Below are positions 8,308 to 16,590 of a DNA stretch of 64,000 bases, piece after piece (the first letter of the stretch is position 1; the number at the start of each line of letters is the position of its first letter). The notes below the pieces were generated by a model, which saw only the letters and a program-made list of their open reading frames with translations, ran no database searches and was not told the DNA's origin. Source of the DNA: Ferruginibacter sp. (GTDB lineage: Bacteria; Bacteroidota; Bacteroidia; Chitinophagales; Chitinophagaceae); contig JANPCB010000121.1 in the NCBI GenBank assembly GCA_031430735.1, forward strand, positions 4,869 to 68,868. The letters run 5' to 3'. Made by a program: the position numbers and the translations under genes.

Positions 8308-10527
8308 TTGAGTAATAAAATAAACATAGCACTTGTAGGGAACCCCAATAGCGGTAAAACTTCTTTGTTTAACTCACTTACGGGGCTAAACCAACAAGTA
8401 GGCAATTTCCCAGGAGTAACAGTAGATAAAAAAACTGGCAGTTGTACTATTTCCAAAACCATTGATGCTACCATTATCGATTTGCCTGGCACTTACAGCC
8501 TTTACCCAAAAAGGGCAGATGAATGGGTTGCGTACAATGTATTAATGGGTGAAGACAGCTCTGTGCTACCAAATATGATTGTAATTGTAGCAGATGCCAG
8601 CAGCCTTAAACGCAATTTGCTTTTTTGCTCTCAGATTATAGACTTAAAGATTCCCATTGTTATTGCCCTTAGTATGATGGATTTGGCTAAACAAAAAGGT
8701 ACTCAAATTGATATTGCAGGCATGGAGCGAGAACTAGGCGTGCCTATAGTGACTATAAACCCACGGAAAAATAAAGGAATACCAGAATTAAAAAAAGCAA
8801 TAGAACAAACGATAGAAAATAAACAACCTTTAGCTGAAAGAAATTTCATAGATGGAACCATACTAAACACGCCGGTTATTGTAGATGCTAAAAAAATATT
8901 ACCCAATGCCAGCGATTACAAAGTTTTACACTATCTCATAAACAGCGAACACTTTTCTTTTGATGCATCGTTAAGTAAAAATATAGAGACTATAAAAGCC
9001 ATTAATAATTTTAATGCTACTAAAACACAGGCAGAAGAAATTATGCAACGGTATAGCAGGATAAAATACATCATGCAACAAACTGTTGTGGAAAAAGACC
9101 CTTTAAAGAAATCGTTGCAAACAGAAAAAATAGATAATATTTTATTACATAGAACATGGGGTTACTTAATTCTAATTGCTGTTTTATTTATACTATTTCA
9201 ATCTGTTTTTTGGTTGGCTCAGTTTCCTATGGATGGTATAGAATGGACTTTTGGAAAACTGGCAGGTTGGCTTTCTGGTATTTTGCCCCATGGCTTATTT
9301 GCAGATGTATTTATTAATGGCATCGTTGCAGGCCTTAGTGGTATCATGGTTTTTATACCGCAGATTATGATTTTGTTTGGGCTTATAACTTTATTGGAAG
9401 ACACTGGTTACATGGCTCGCATAAGTTTTCTTACCGATAAACTCATGCGAAAAGTAGGCTTAAATGGAAAGAGTGTAATGCCCATGATAAGTGGATATGC
9501 TTGTGCTGTACCAGCCATTATGAGCGCTAGAAATATAGAAAATAAAAAAGAGCGTTTGCTCACCATCATGATTACTCCTCTCATGAGTTGTAGCGCTCGT
9601 TTACCAGTATACACTATCCTAATTGCACTGGTTATTCCTTCTAAATTATACCTTGGTTTTTTAAGTTTGCAAGGTTTGGTTATGATGTTGTTGTACTTGC
9701 TAGGCACTGTATTGGCTTTGATTGTAGCATGGATTATGAAATGGTTTATAAAAAGTACCGAGCGTAGTTTTTTTATTTTGGAATTACCCACATATCGAAG
9801 TCCTCGTTGGAAAAATATTTTGGTGACTATGATAGAGAAAGCAAAAATATTTGTGTTTGATGCTGGAAAAATTATTATGGTAATTAGTTTACTATTGTGG
9901 GCACTCAGTACTTTTGGCCCTACTGAAAAAATGAAAGCAGTAACAACAAAATACGATGCTTTTATAAAAATAAAAACGGATGAAAATGAAAAATTAGCCG
10001 CCAGTAAATTATCAATAATAAGCCTTAATGATAGCATATTGATTGGCCAATACGATAGCCTAATTATTAAAAATATAGCAGCACAAAATCATATAGAAAA
10101 AGAAAGGAAAACCAATTTATTACAAAATTCTTACGCAGGTATTTTAGGTAGTTTTATAGAGCCAAGCATTCGCCCACTTGGCTATGATTGGAAAATAGGT
10201 ATTGCGCTCATTACCTCTTTTGCTGCAAGGGAGGTCTTTGTAGGCACCATGGCCACGCTATATTCTGTGGGGGAAGATGCTGATGAAAACAGCAATACCC
10301 TTCGCCAAAAAATGGCTGCTGCAAAAAGAGCAGATGGAACAAAAGTATATGATTTGGCTACAGGATTATCGCTGCTTGTTTTTTATGTAATTGCCATGCA
10401 ATGCATGAGTACATTGGTTATCGTAAAGCGGGAAACCAAAACTTGGAAATGGCCTATCATCCAATTTATTTACATGACGGGTTTGGCGTACTTATTAAGC
10501 TTTATTACTTATAAATTATTTTCTTAA
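8308..10527 (+). CDS. feoB: Ferrous iron transport protein B
   Basis: N-terminal G-domain (ALVGNPNSGKTSLFNSLTG, DLPGTYSL) followed by a polytopic membrane domain. The start is TTG, with no in-frame ATG before the P-loop. Confidence 0.9.
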   Translation: MSNKINIALVGNPNSGKTSLFNSLTGLNQQVGNFPGVTVDKKTGSCTISKTIDATIIDLPGTYSLYPKRADEWVAYNVLMGEDSSVLPNMIVIVADASSLKRNLLFCSQIIDLKIPIVIALSMMDLAKQKGTQIDIAGMERELGVPIVTINPRKNKGIPELKKAIEQTIENKQPLAERNFIDGTILNTPVIVDAKKILPNASDYKVLHYLINSEHFSFDASLSKNIETIKAINNFNATKTQAEEIMQRYSRIKYIMQQTVVEKDPLKKSLQTEKIDNILLHRTWGYLILIAVLFILFQSVFWLAQFPMDGIEWTFGKLAGWLSGILPHGLFADVFINGIVAGLSGIMVFIPQIMILFGLITLLEDTGYMARISFLTDKLMRKVGLNGKSVMPMISGYACAVPAIMSARNIENKKERLLTIMITPLMSCSARLPVYTILIALVIPSKLYLGFLSLQGLVMMLLYLLGTVLALIVAWIMKWFIKSTERSFFILELPTYRSPRWKNILVTMIEKAKIFVFDAGKIIMVISLLLWALSTFGPTEKMKAVTTKYDAFIKIKTDENEKLAASKLSIISLNDSILIGQYDSLIIKNIAAQNHIEKERKTNLLQNSYAGILGSFIEPSIRPLGYDWKIGIALITSFAAREVFVGTMATLYSVGEDADENSNTLRQKMAAAKRADGTKVYDLATGLSLLVFYVIAMQCMSTLVIVKRETKTWKWPIIQFIYMTGLAYLLSFITYKLFS

Positions 10528-10563
10528 CTAAATTTCTGAACCGCTTAAGCATGCAGTAAATGA

Positions 10564-10599
10564 AGAGAGGCTAACTCATTATATTGAGTTAGCCTCTCT
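10564..10599. terminator. Bidirectional terminator (feoB / acyl-CoA dehydrogenase)
   Basis: Perfect 15-bp stem agagaggctaactca / tgagttagcctctct with a 6-nt loop and a T-rich tail. It lies between convergent genes. Confidence 0.85.
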
Positions 10600-10648
10600 T
10601 TTATTCTTTGTGATTCTTCATATGCTTTGTGCCTTCGTGATTTAAAGC

Positions 10649-12441
10649 TCAGTACCCATACTTCCCATCTGCACACAACTTAGCTGCAATGCGCCTTCTG
10701 GCTTCTTTGCTGTTAAAAGGTGCCATTTTGGTAAAGCGCTTCAAGCCAAGCAACATCATGCGCTGCTCATCCCCATCTGCAAAAGCATTGATGGCTTCTT
10801 TGCCAGCTTTGTTCACAGCATCTACTGCATCATTCAAATAAACATGGGTCATATCTTTTTGTATGCTCACTGCCGCTTCCCCTTGCTTGTCTGTCATTTT
10901 TATTAAACGTAGCAATGCACTCTCTGCATTAAAAGTAGCAATGGCCATATCTGCAATGTTCATTAAAATTTCTTGCTCATCGCCCAAGCCCATCATCAGT
11001 TTTTGCACTGCTGCACCTGCTACCATCAATATCGCTTTCTTCATTTGCGCTACCGCTTTTTTCTCTGTAGCAAATGGCGTTTCATCTTCGCTACCAAAAT
11101 CAGGAATGCTCATCAACTCTTTGCTCACTGCCATTGCTGGGCCCATCAAATCAAGCTTTCCTTTCATGGCACGCTTTAGCATCATATCTACTGTAAGCAA
11201 ACGATTAATTTCATTTGTACCTTCATAAATTCTATTTATGCGGCTATCTCTGTATGCACGGCTAATCATATATTCATCGCTAAAACCATTACCACCATGT
11301 ATTTGCACGCCTTCATCTACTATCAAGTCTAACACTTCACTGCCGTCTACTTTTAGCATCGCACATTCAATTGCATATTCTTCGGCTGCGGCAAGGTGTG
11401 CTTCTGCATAAGATTTTCCTGCTGCTTCCAATTCATTTTCTTTATCATCTATCCATTTACTGGTACGGTAAAGTGCACTTTCGCTTACCCAAATACGTGT
11501 GGCACATTCTGCTAATTTGTGTTTTATGGCACCAAAATTTGCAATAGCTGTTTTAAATTGCTCTCTCGTATTTGCATAAGTAATTGTAGCATCTAAAGCC
11601 ATTTTTGCTCACCTAAAGCAGCCGCACATAATTTGAGTCTGCCAATATTTAAAATATTAAAAGCGATGATATGTCCTTTACCAACTTCACCCAATAAATT
11701 TTCTACCGGTACTTTACAATCTTGAAAATACAATTGAACAGTAGATGAACCTTTGATACCCATTTTATGTTCTTCTGCCCCAAGGGTAAATCCTTCTGTA
11801 TCCCTATCTACAATAAAACCCGTAAATTTATCTCCGTCTATTTTTGCAAATACGGTATATACATTTGCAAAACCTCCATTGGTTATCCAACATTTTTGTC
11901 CATTTAAAATATAATGTTTGCCATCTTCTGAAAGCACAGCAGTAGTTTTTGCACTCAAAGCATCGCTACCAGCGTTTGGCTCTGTAAGCCCGTAAGAGCC
12001 TTTCCACTCGCCACTAGTGAGTTTTGGTATGTATTTTTGTTTTTGGGCGTCGGTACCAAAATATAAAATGGGCAATGTGCCAATTCCTGTATGGGCAGCA
12101 ATGGCTACACTAAATGAAAAACCTCCACCAAGGCCTTCGTTTACCAAAGTAGATGTTATAAAATCTTTGCCCAAACCTCCAAACTCCTCTGGCGTAGATG
12201 CACCTAAAAGTCCCTGCTCACCTGCTTTTTCCATGAGTGATGGCATAAGACCAGGTTCCAATTTGTCTATTCTATCTATCACAGGCAAAACTTCTGTATT
12301 CACAAATTGAATACACATATCTTTTACCATTACTTGTTCCTCATTAAAATCTTCGGGCGTAAAGGTTTCAAATGCATTGCTTTCTTTGATTAAGAATTCG
12401 CCACCTTTTAGTGTTGCGGTTGTTTTTGTTTCTGTGCTCAT
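10649..12441 (-). pseudogene. Long-type acyl-CoA dehydrogenase split by a 1-nt frameshift
   Basis: ORF 11593-12441 encodes the ACAD N-terminal and middle domains (YGLTEPNAGSDA, CWITNGG). ORF 10649-11602 encodes the C-terminal domain (TREQF, YEGTNEINRLL) plus an extension. The two frames overlap at an A5 run (T5 on the + strand, 11602-11606). Confidence 0.85.
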
Positions 12442-12456
12442 TGTATTATATTTTGT

Positions 12457-12592
12457 AGTTACGAGTTGCGGGTTTAAAAGTTACGAGTTGTAAACCCTTA
12501 TTAATTTCGATATATTTTTATTAAAAGAAGTTGGCATTCGGGCTAAAAGTACAAGGTTACAAAACCCGTAACCCATAACTCGTGAACCCGAA
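12457..12592. repeat. ACGAGTT-N2-GGGTT repeat cluster (two direct copies, one inverted)
   Basis: agttacgagttg occurs at 12457-12468 and 12479-12490. The inverted copy ccgtaacccataactcgtgaacccgaa lies at 12566-12592. gggttt at 12470-12475 can pair with aaaccc at 12492-12497. Confidence 0.7.
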
Positions 12593-12598
12593 ACTTCC

Positions 12599-13042
12599 TT
12601 AAGAACTAAGATTGTCATACACCATCTGCAAAACCTCCTTTGCTATTTCTACTTGTCCATTTGATACACCTTCCAAAGCCTCATTCAATGTTTGATTGGC
12701 AACCTCCATACTCAATACCTGTAAATTTTGTGCATCAGGTGTAAGACATATTTTATTTATTCTTCTATCAGTTTTGCTCGCTGTTCTTTTTACCAACCCC
12801 AATTTTTCCAGATTATCTACCAATCTGGTAATGCTTGGCTTGTCTCTAAACGTAGCATCGCACAATTGTTGCTGGCTCTGTCCATCTTCTTTCCACAAAT
12901 GATACAACACACTCCATTGTTCTATCGTAATATCTATGCCAGCCAGTTTAAAATTCTTTTGCAGCCTTCGTGCAATAGCCGTACTCGCTTTTCCAGTTAT
13001 AAAACTGTATAATTCGCTTTTTTTAAATTGGTTGTTTGGCAT
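12599..13042 (-). CDS. MarR family transcriptional regulator
   Basis: 147 aa. Winged-helix core ITIEQWSVLYHLW...QQLCDATFRDKPSITRLVDNLEKLGLVKR...DRR. Confidence 0.85.
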   Translation of the reverse strand: MPNNQFKKSELYSFITGKASTAIARRLQKNFKLAGIDITIEQWSVLYHLWKEDGQSQQQLCDATFRDKPSITRLVDNLEKLGLVKRTASKTDRRINKICLTPDAQNLQVLSMEVANQTLNEALEGVSNGQVEIAKEVLQMVYDNLSS

Positions 13043-13165
13043 ATAGTTGTTTAAACAACTATATAAAGATAAGTAATGATTTTAAATTTCAAAATTTTAT
13101 TTTTGTTAAGGTTTGGAACCATCAATTTTATTGTTGTCCAAGCAAAGGCAGCAGCTATGATTAAA

Positions 13166-13193
13166 ATCGTTGTGCCTGTGTCGATTCGTTCGG
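13166..13193 (+). repeat. 9-nt-periodic repeat, copy 1 (partner at 37776-37803, opposite strand)
   Basis: atcgttgtgcctgtgtcgattcgttcgg matches the reverse complement of 37776-37803 at 26 of 28 positions. It lies 40 nt upstream of the GT2 ATG. Confidence 0.8.
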
Positions 13194-13232
13194 CATCACC
13201 CACTTGTACAGCATACCTTTATTCAACAATTA

Positions 13233-14435
13233 ATGGCAGTTTTTATATCAATAGCAATCATCTTTTTAGTTCTATATGTTTCACTGATAATCTATTATCG
13301 TTTTCAATTCACATCCATTGCCCAATTCCAAATTACTAATTCCAAATTACCAATCACTACCCTTACCATTATTATCCCTGCTCGCAACGAAGAAAATAAC
13401 ATAGAAAACTGCATACAATCGATTTTGGAAAATAATTATCCAGCACATTTGTTTGAATTAATTGTAGTAGATGACCATTCTGAAGATAATACGGCCAGTA
13501 TTGTAAGAAAATATGCCTCACAAAACGTAAAACTCATTTTACTAAAAGATTTTGTAACAGATAAAATAAATTCGTACAAAAAGAAAGCAATAGAAATAGC
13601 GGTGGCGCAGGCAAGCGGAACATTAATAATAACCACTGATGCAGATTGCATTGTTCCAACAAAATGGCTTCAAACTATTGCTACATTTTATGAAGAAAGA
13701 AACCCAGCATTTATTGCAGCACCTGTACTTATAAGCCCCTCTGCCTTTGGAGAGGGGAAGGGGGTGAGGTTCATTCAATTGTTTCAGTCGCTCGATTTTA
13801 TGACGCTCCAAGGAATAACTGCTGCGGTAGTAAGCAAAAGGCAAATGACCATGTGCAATGGTGCAAACATGGCCTATGAACGTGCTGCATTTAATGAAGT
13901 GGGCGGCTTTGCAGGCATTGATAATATTGCAAGCGGCGATGATATGCTGCTGATGCACAAAATATATAAACGCTTTCCCGAAAGAGTACTATTTTTAAAA
14001 TCACAAGAAGCCATTGTAACAACAGCGCCCGTTGAAACAATAAAGCAATTTTTTAACCAACGTATTCGCTGGGCTAGCAAGGCAGAAAAATATGATGACA
14101 AGAGAATATTGCCAGTATTAATTCTTGTATATATTTTTAATTTAATTTTAATCATATTGCCAATTTTTTCGTTGCTTTTTGAGGATAAAGAATTGCGTTG
14201 TTTTCCATTACCATATTATTTAGGATATACCGGGATTAATATTTTTTTCTTGATTTTAATTTTGAAAACAATTGTAGAATTATTTTTTCTTTACCCTATA
14301 GCTGATTTTTTTGGAAAGAAAAGTATGTTATGGTTTTTTCCCATTTTACAACCGTTTCATATTTGTTATACCATTATTGCAGGTTGGTTGGGCAAGTTTG
14401 GAAAATATACTTGGAAAGAAAGGAAGGTTAATTGA
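13233..14435 (+). CDS. Family 2 glycosyltransferase, membrane-bound
   Basis: N-terminal TM segment, then IIIPARNEENNI, LIVVDDHSEDNT, TTDADC and QRIRWA, then C-terminal TM helices. Start taken at ATG 13233, not the upstream GTG-frame start at 13170. Confidence 0.8.
   Translation: MAVFISIAIIFLVLYVSLIIYYRFQFTSIAQFQITNSKLPITTLTIIIPARNEENNIENCIQSILENNYPAHLFELIVVDDHSEDNTASIVRKYASQNVKLILLKDFVTDKINSYKKKAIEIAVAQASGTLIITTDADCIVPTKWLQTIATFYEERNPAFIAAPVLISPSAFGEGKGVRFIQLFQSLDFMTLQGITAAVVSKRQMTMCNGANMAYERAAFNEVGGFAGIDNIASGDDMLLMHKIYKRFPERVLFLKSQEAIVTTAPVETIKQFFNQRIRWASKAEKYDDKRILPVLILVYIFNLILIILPIFSLLFEDKELRCFPLPYYLGYTGINIFFLILILKTIVELFFLYPIADFFGKKSMLWFFPILQPFHICYTIIAGWLGKFGKYTWKERKVN
13736..13770 (+). 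repeat. G+C-rich hairpin repeat, family B, inside the GT2 CDS
   Basis: Sequence cccctctgcctttggagaggggaagggggtgaggt. The stem pairs 13736-13742 with 13751-13757. It shares its architecture with 14523-14562. Confidence 0.75.
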
Positions 14436-14522
14436 TAATTTCGTAATGAATAATTAATAATGTTTTTAAATCGCAATCAATAAACAATATAAAACTTAAA
14501 TTATTTTAAAGCCGACTCGAGT

Positions 14523-14562
14523 CTCCCTTCTGCACAAAGTGGAGAAGGGGCGGGATGAGGTC
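14523..14562 (+). repeat. G+C-rich hairpin repeat, family B, abutting the aat start
   Basis: Sequence ctcccttctgcacaaagtggagaaggggcgggatgaggtc, with stem cccttct / agaaggg. It ends 1 nt before ATG 14563. Confidence 0.75.
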
Positions 14563-15201
14563 ATGATTTTCCAATTACACGATACCGATATTTCTTTTCC
14601 GGATCCTGCATTTGCAGAAACCGATGGCTTGCTAGCTATTGGCGGAGATTTAAGTGCAGAGCGGCTTATGATGGCTTATCAAAATGGGATTTTTCCATGG
14701 TATAGCTATGATGAACCTATTTGTTGGTATGCCCCGCATGAACGCTGCGTAATTTTTCCTAAAAAAATATTCATTAGTAAGAGCATGCAACAAATAATAA
14801 ATAAAAAAATATTTACCATTACAACCAATACTGTTTTTGAACAGGTAATACAAAACTGTGCGCAAGTAAACCGGAAAGACCAAGATGGCACTTGGATAAC
14901 CAACGAAATGGAAAAAGCCTATATAAACTTGCACAAACTTGGTATTGCAAAAAGTGTAGAAGTATGGCAAAAAAAAGAACTTGTTGGTGGTTTGTATGGC
15001 TTAGTAATAAACAATATCTTTTGCGGCGAAAGTATGTTTAGCAAAGTGAGCAATGCCTCAAAAGTTGCATTAATATGGCTTAGTAAAGAAAATAATTACA
15101 CATTGATAGATTGCCAAGTGAGAACGGAGCATTTGATTAGCATGGGTGCCGAAATGATAAGTGGAACAGCATATAAAGCCGCCCTTAATCAATCCACTTG
15201 A
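14563..15201 (+). CDS. aat: Leucyl/phenylalanyl-tRNA--protein transferase
   Basis: DGLLAIGGDLSAERLMMAYQNGIFPWY and GESMFS are present. The N-terminus from ATG 14563 is collinear with E. coli Aat. The listed GTG at 14539 lies inside the repeat. Confidence 0.9.
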   Translation: MIFQLHDTDISFPDPAFAETDGLLAIGGDLSAERLMMAYQNGIFPWYSYDEPICWYAPHERCVIFPKKIFISKSMQQIINKKIFTITTNTVFEQVIQNCAQVNRKDQDGTWITNEMEKAYINLHKLGIAKSVEVWQKKELVGGLYGLVINNIFCGESMFSKVSNASKVALIWLSKENNYTLIDCQVRTEHLISMGAEMISGTAYKAALNQST

Positions 15202-15287
15202 AGAGCCTGAACAAGGAATGAAGCTAAATTTTTAAAAATCAATCATACATTGTGGTATGTAACAAAACAAAGTGCAAAAAATGATTT

Positions 15288-15486
15288 CTTTGTGTTATTT
15301 CATTCCTTTGCGCCTTTGTGGTTCAAATAAAATTGCCAATAAATGGAACCACGAAGACACTAAGTAAAAAAGTTTCACAAAGAAGAATTGAAACTGAAAA
15401 CCTTTGTGCAGCTTTTTGTCTTTCTACCTTTGTGGTTCAAATAAACCGTATTACTTCCTACCTTAGCAACTTAGTGGTTCTAAATA
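15288..15486. repeat. CTTTGTGGTTC repeat cluster upstream of the permease gene
   Basis: A perfect 19-nt direct repeat cctttgtggttcaaataaa occurs at 15313-15331 and 15427-15445. A diverged copy cttagtggttctaaata lies at 15470-15486. An inverted copy tggaaccacgaagac lies at 15344-15358. Extra ctttgtg / cacaaag half-units are also present. Confidence 0.8.
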
Positions 15487-16590
15487 ATGAGCGAAATAAA
15501 ACATACAGAAATTACTATTTGGAAAAAATTGCGGCGAAAGAAAGCGGCAATGATTGGCTTGTGCGTTATTATATTTGCCCTATTTACTTGCGTTTTTGGT
15601 TATGTTATTGCACCAGATGCCAGCACAAACGCCGATTTACAAACAGTAGAAATACAATCTAAACCATTGGGATATTCACAACTGTTTCTAAAAATATTTA
15701 ACAACGAAAAACTGCCATCAAATTTTACAACGCTTTTTTTTGGCAAGCCAGCTACTTATACTTTTTTACCAATAAAAAATTACAAAATAGAGGGGGCAGC
15801 TATTGTAGTAAATAAATATGTAGATGAGGACACGGCCGTTTCTCTATCATATAACATAATTGAAATAACGAATAATAATCCTCAAAAAATTCAAGAACAA
15901 ATTATTACAAAAAAATATTGGTTGGGTACCGATGCTTTTGGCAGAGATATACTTAGTAGATTAATTATAGGCACAAGGGTAAGCATGATGGTAGGATTGA
16001 TAGCAGTTATTATTTCGGTAGGAATTGGGATTTTATTGGGCGCATTGGCAGGTTATTACAAAGGCAAAATAGATGCGCTCATTATGTGGTTTGTAAATGT
16101 AACATGGAGTATTCCTACCTTGTTGTTGGTATTTGCAATCACACTTGCATTAGGCAAAGGCTTTTGGCAAATTTTTATTGCTGTTGGGCTCACTCTTTGG
16201 GTTAGTGTAGCACGCCTAGTACGTGGACAAGTAATGGCTGTAAAAGAATTAGAATATGTACAAGCTGCAAGAGCATTGGGTTACAAAGATGCAAGAATTA
16301 TTTTTAAACATATTTTGCCAAATATAATAGGTCCAATATTGGTAATAGCTGCTGGTAATTTTGCTACCGCTATCATTATAGAGGCTGGTCTTAGTTTTTT
16401 GGGTATTGGTGTACAACCTCCTCAACCAAGCTGGGGGCTAATGATAAAAGAAAATTATAATCTTATCATAACCCACCATGCCATGCAGGCGCTTATACCA
16501 GGATTTGCTATCATGTTGTTGGTGCTGGCGTTTAATTTGTTGGGGAGTGGTTTAAGGGATGCGGTAGATGTAAAAGAAGTGTCCCCCTAA
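15487..16590 (+). CDS. ABC transporter permease (DppC/OppC-like)
   Basis: N-terminal TM helix and an extracytoplasmic insert, then YWLGTDAFGRDILSRL and the EAA-type loop YVQAARALGYKDARIIFKHILPN. Confidence 0.85.
   Translation: MSEIKHTEITIWKKLRRKKAAMIGLCVIIFALFTCVFGYVIAPDASTNADLQTVEIQSKPLGYSQLFLKIFNNEKLPSNFTTLFFGKPATYTFLPIKNYKIEGAAIVVNKYVDEDTAVSLSYNIIEITNNNPQKIQEQIITKKYWLGTDAFGRDILSRLIIGTRVSMMVGLIAVIISVGIGILLGALAGYYKGKIDALIMWFVNVTWSIPTLLLVFAITLALGKGFWQIFIAVGLTLWVSVARLVRGQVMAVKELEYVQAARALGYKDARIIFKHILPNIIGPILVIAAGNFATAIIIEAGLSFLGIGVQPPQPSWGLMIKENYNLIITHHAMQALIPGFAIMLLVLAFNLLGSGLRDAVDVKEVSP

Noticed and set aside
9408-10037. 209-aa minus-strand ORF inside feoB. Similar antisense ORFs occur at 26465-27139 in the tlpA-like gene, 37904-38368 and 38447-38785 in prfA, 20105-20584 in recQ, and 35545-35928 in recO.
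   Set aside because: These lie wholly inside strongly supported genes on the opposite strand. Their composition is low-complexity and hydrophobic or S/F/I-rich, as is typical of shadow frames in AT-rich DNA, and I recognise no motifs.
11593-11606. Programmed -1 ribosomal frameshifting as the explanation for the split acyl-CoA dehydrogenase.
   Set aside because: The site is not a canonical X XXY YYZ heptamer, because the P-site CAA cannot re-pair in the -1 frame. I see no downstream stimulatory hairpin. An indel or sequencing error is more parsimonious, and the possibility is kept only as a minor alternative in the finding.
15288-15487. Whether the short direct-repeat clusters here and at 12457-12592 and 35333-35530 could be a CRISPR array.
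   Set aside because: The repeats are 12-19 nt, few in number, irregularly spaced and mixed with inverted copies. There are no cas genes in the window.
15318-15662. 114-aa + strand ORF overlapping the start of the permease gene.
   Set aside because: It is produced by reading through the CTTTGTGGTTC repeat array. It is out of frame with, and overlaps, the well-supported permease CDS.
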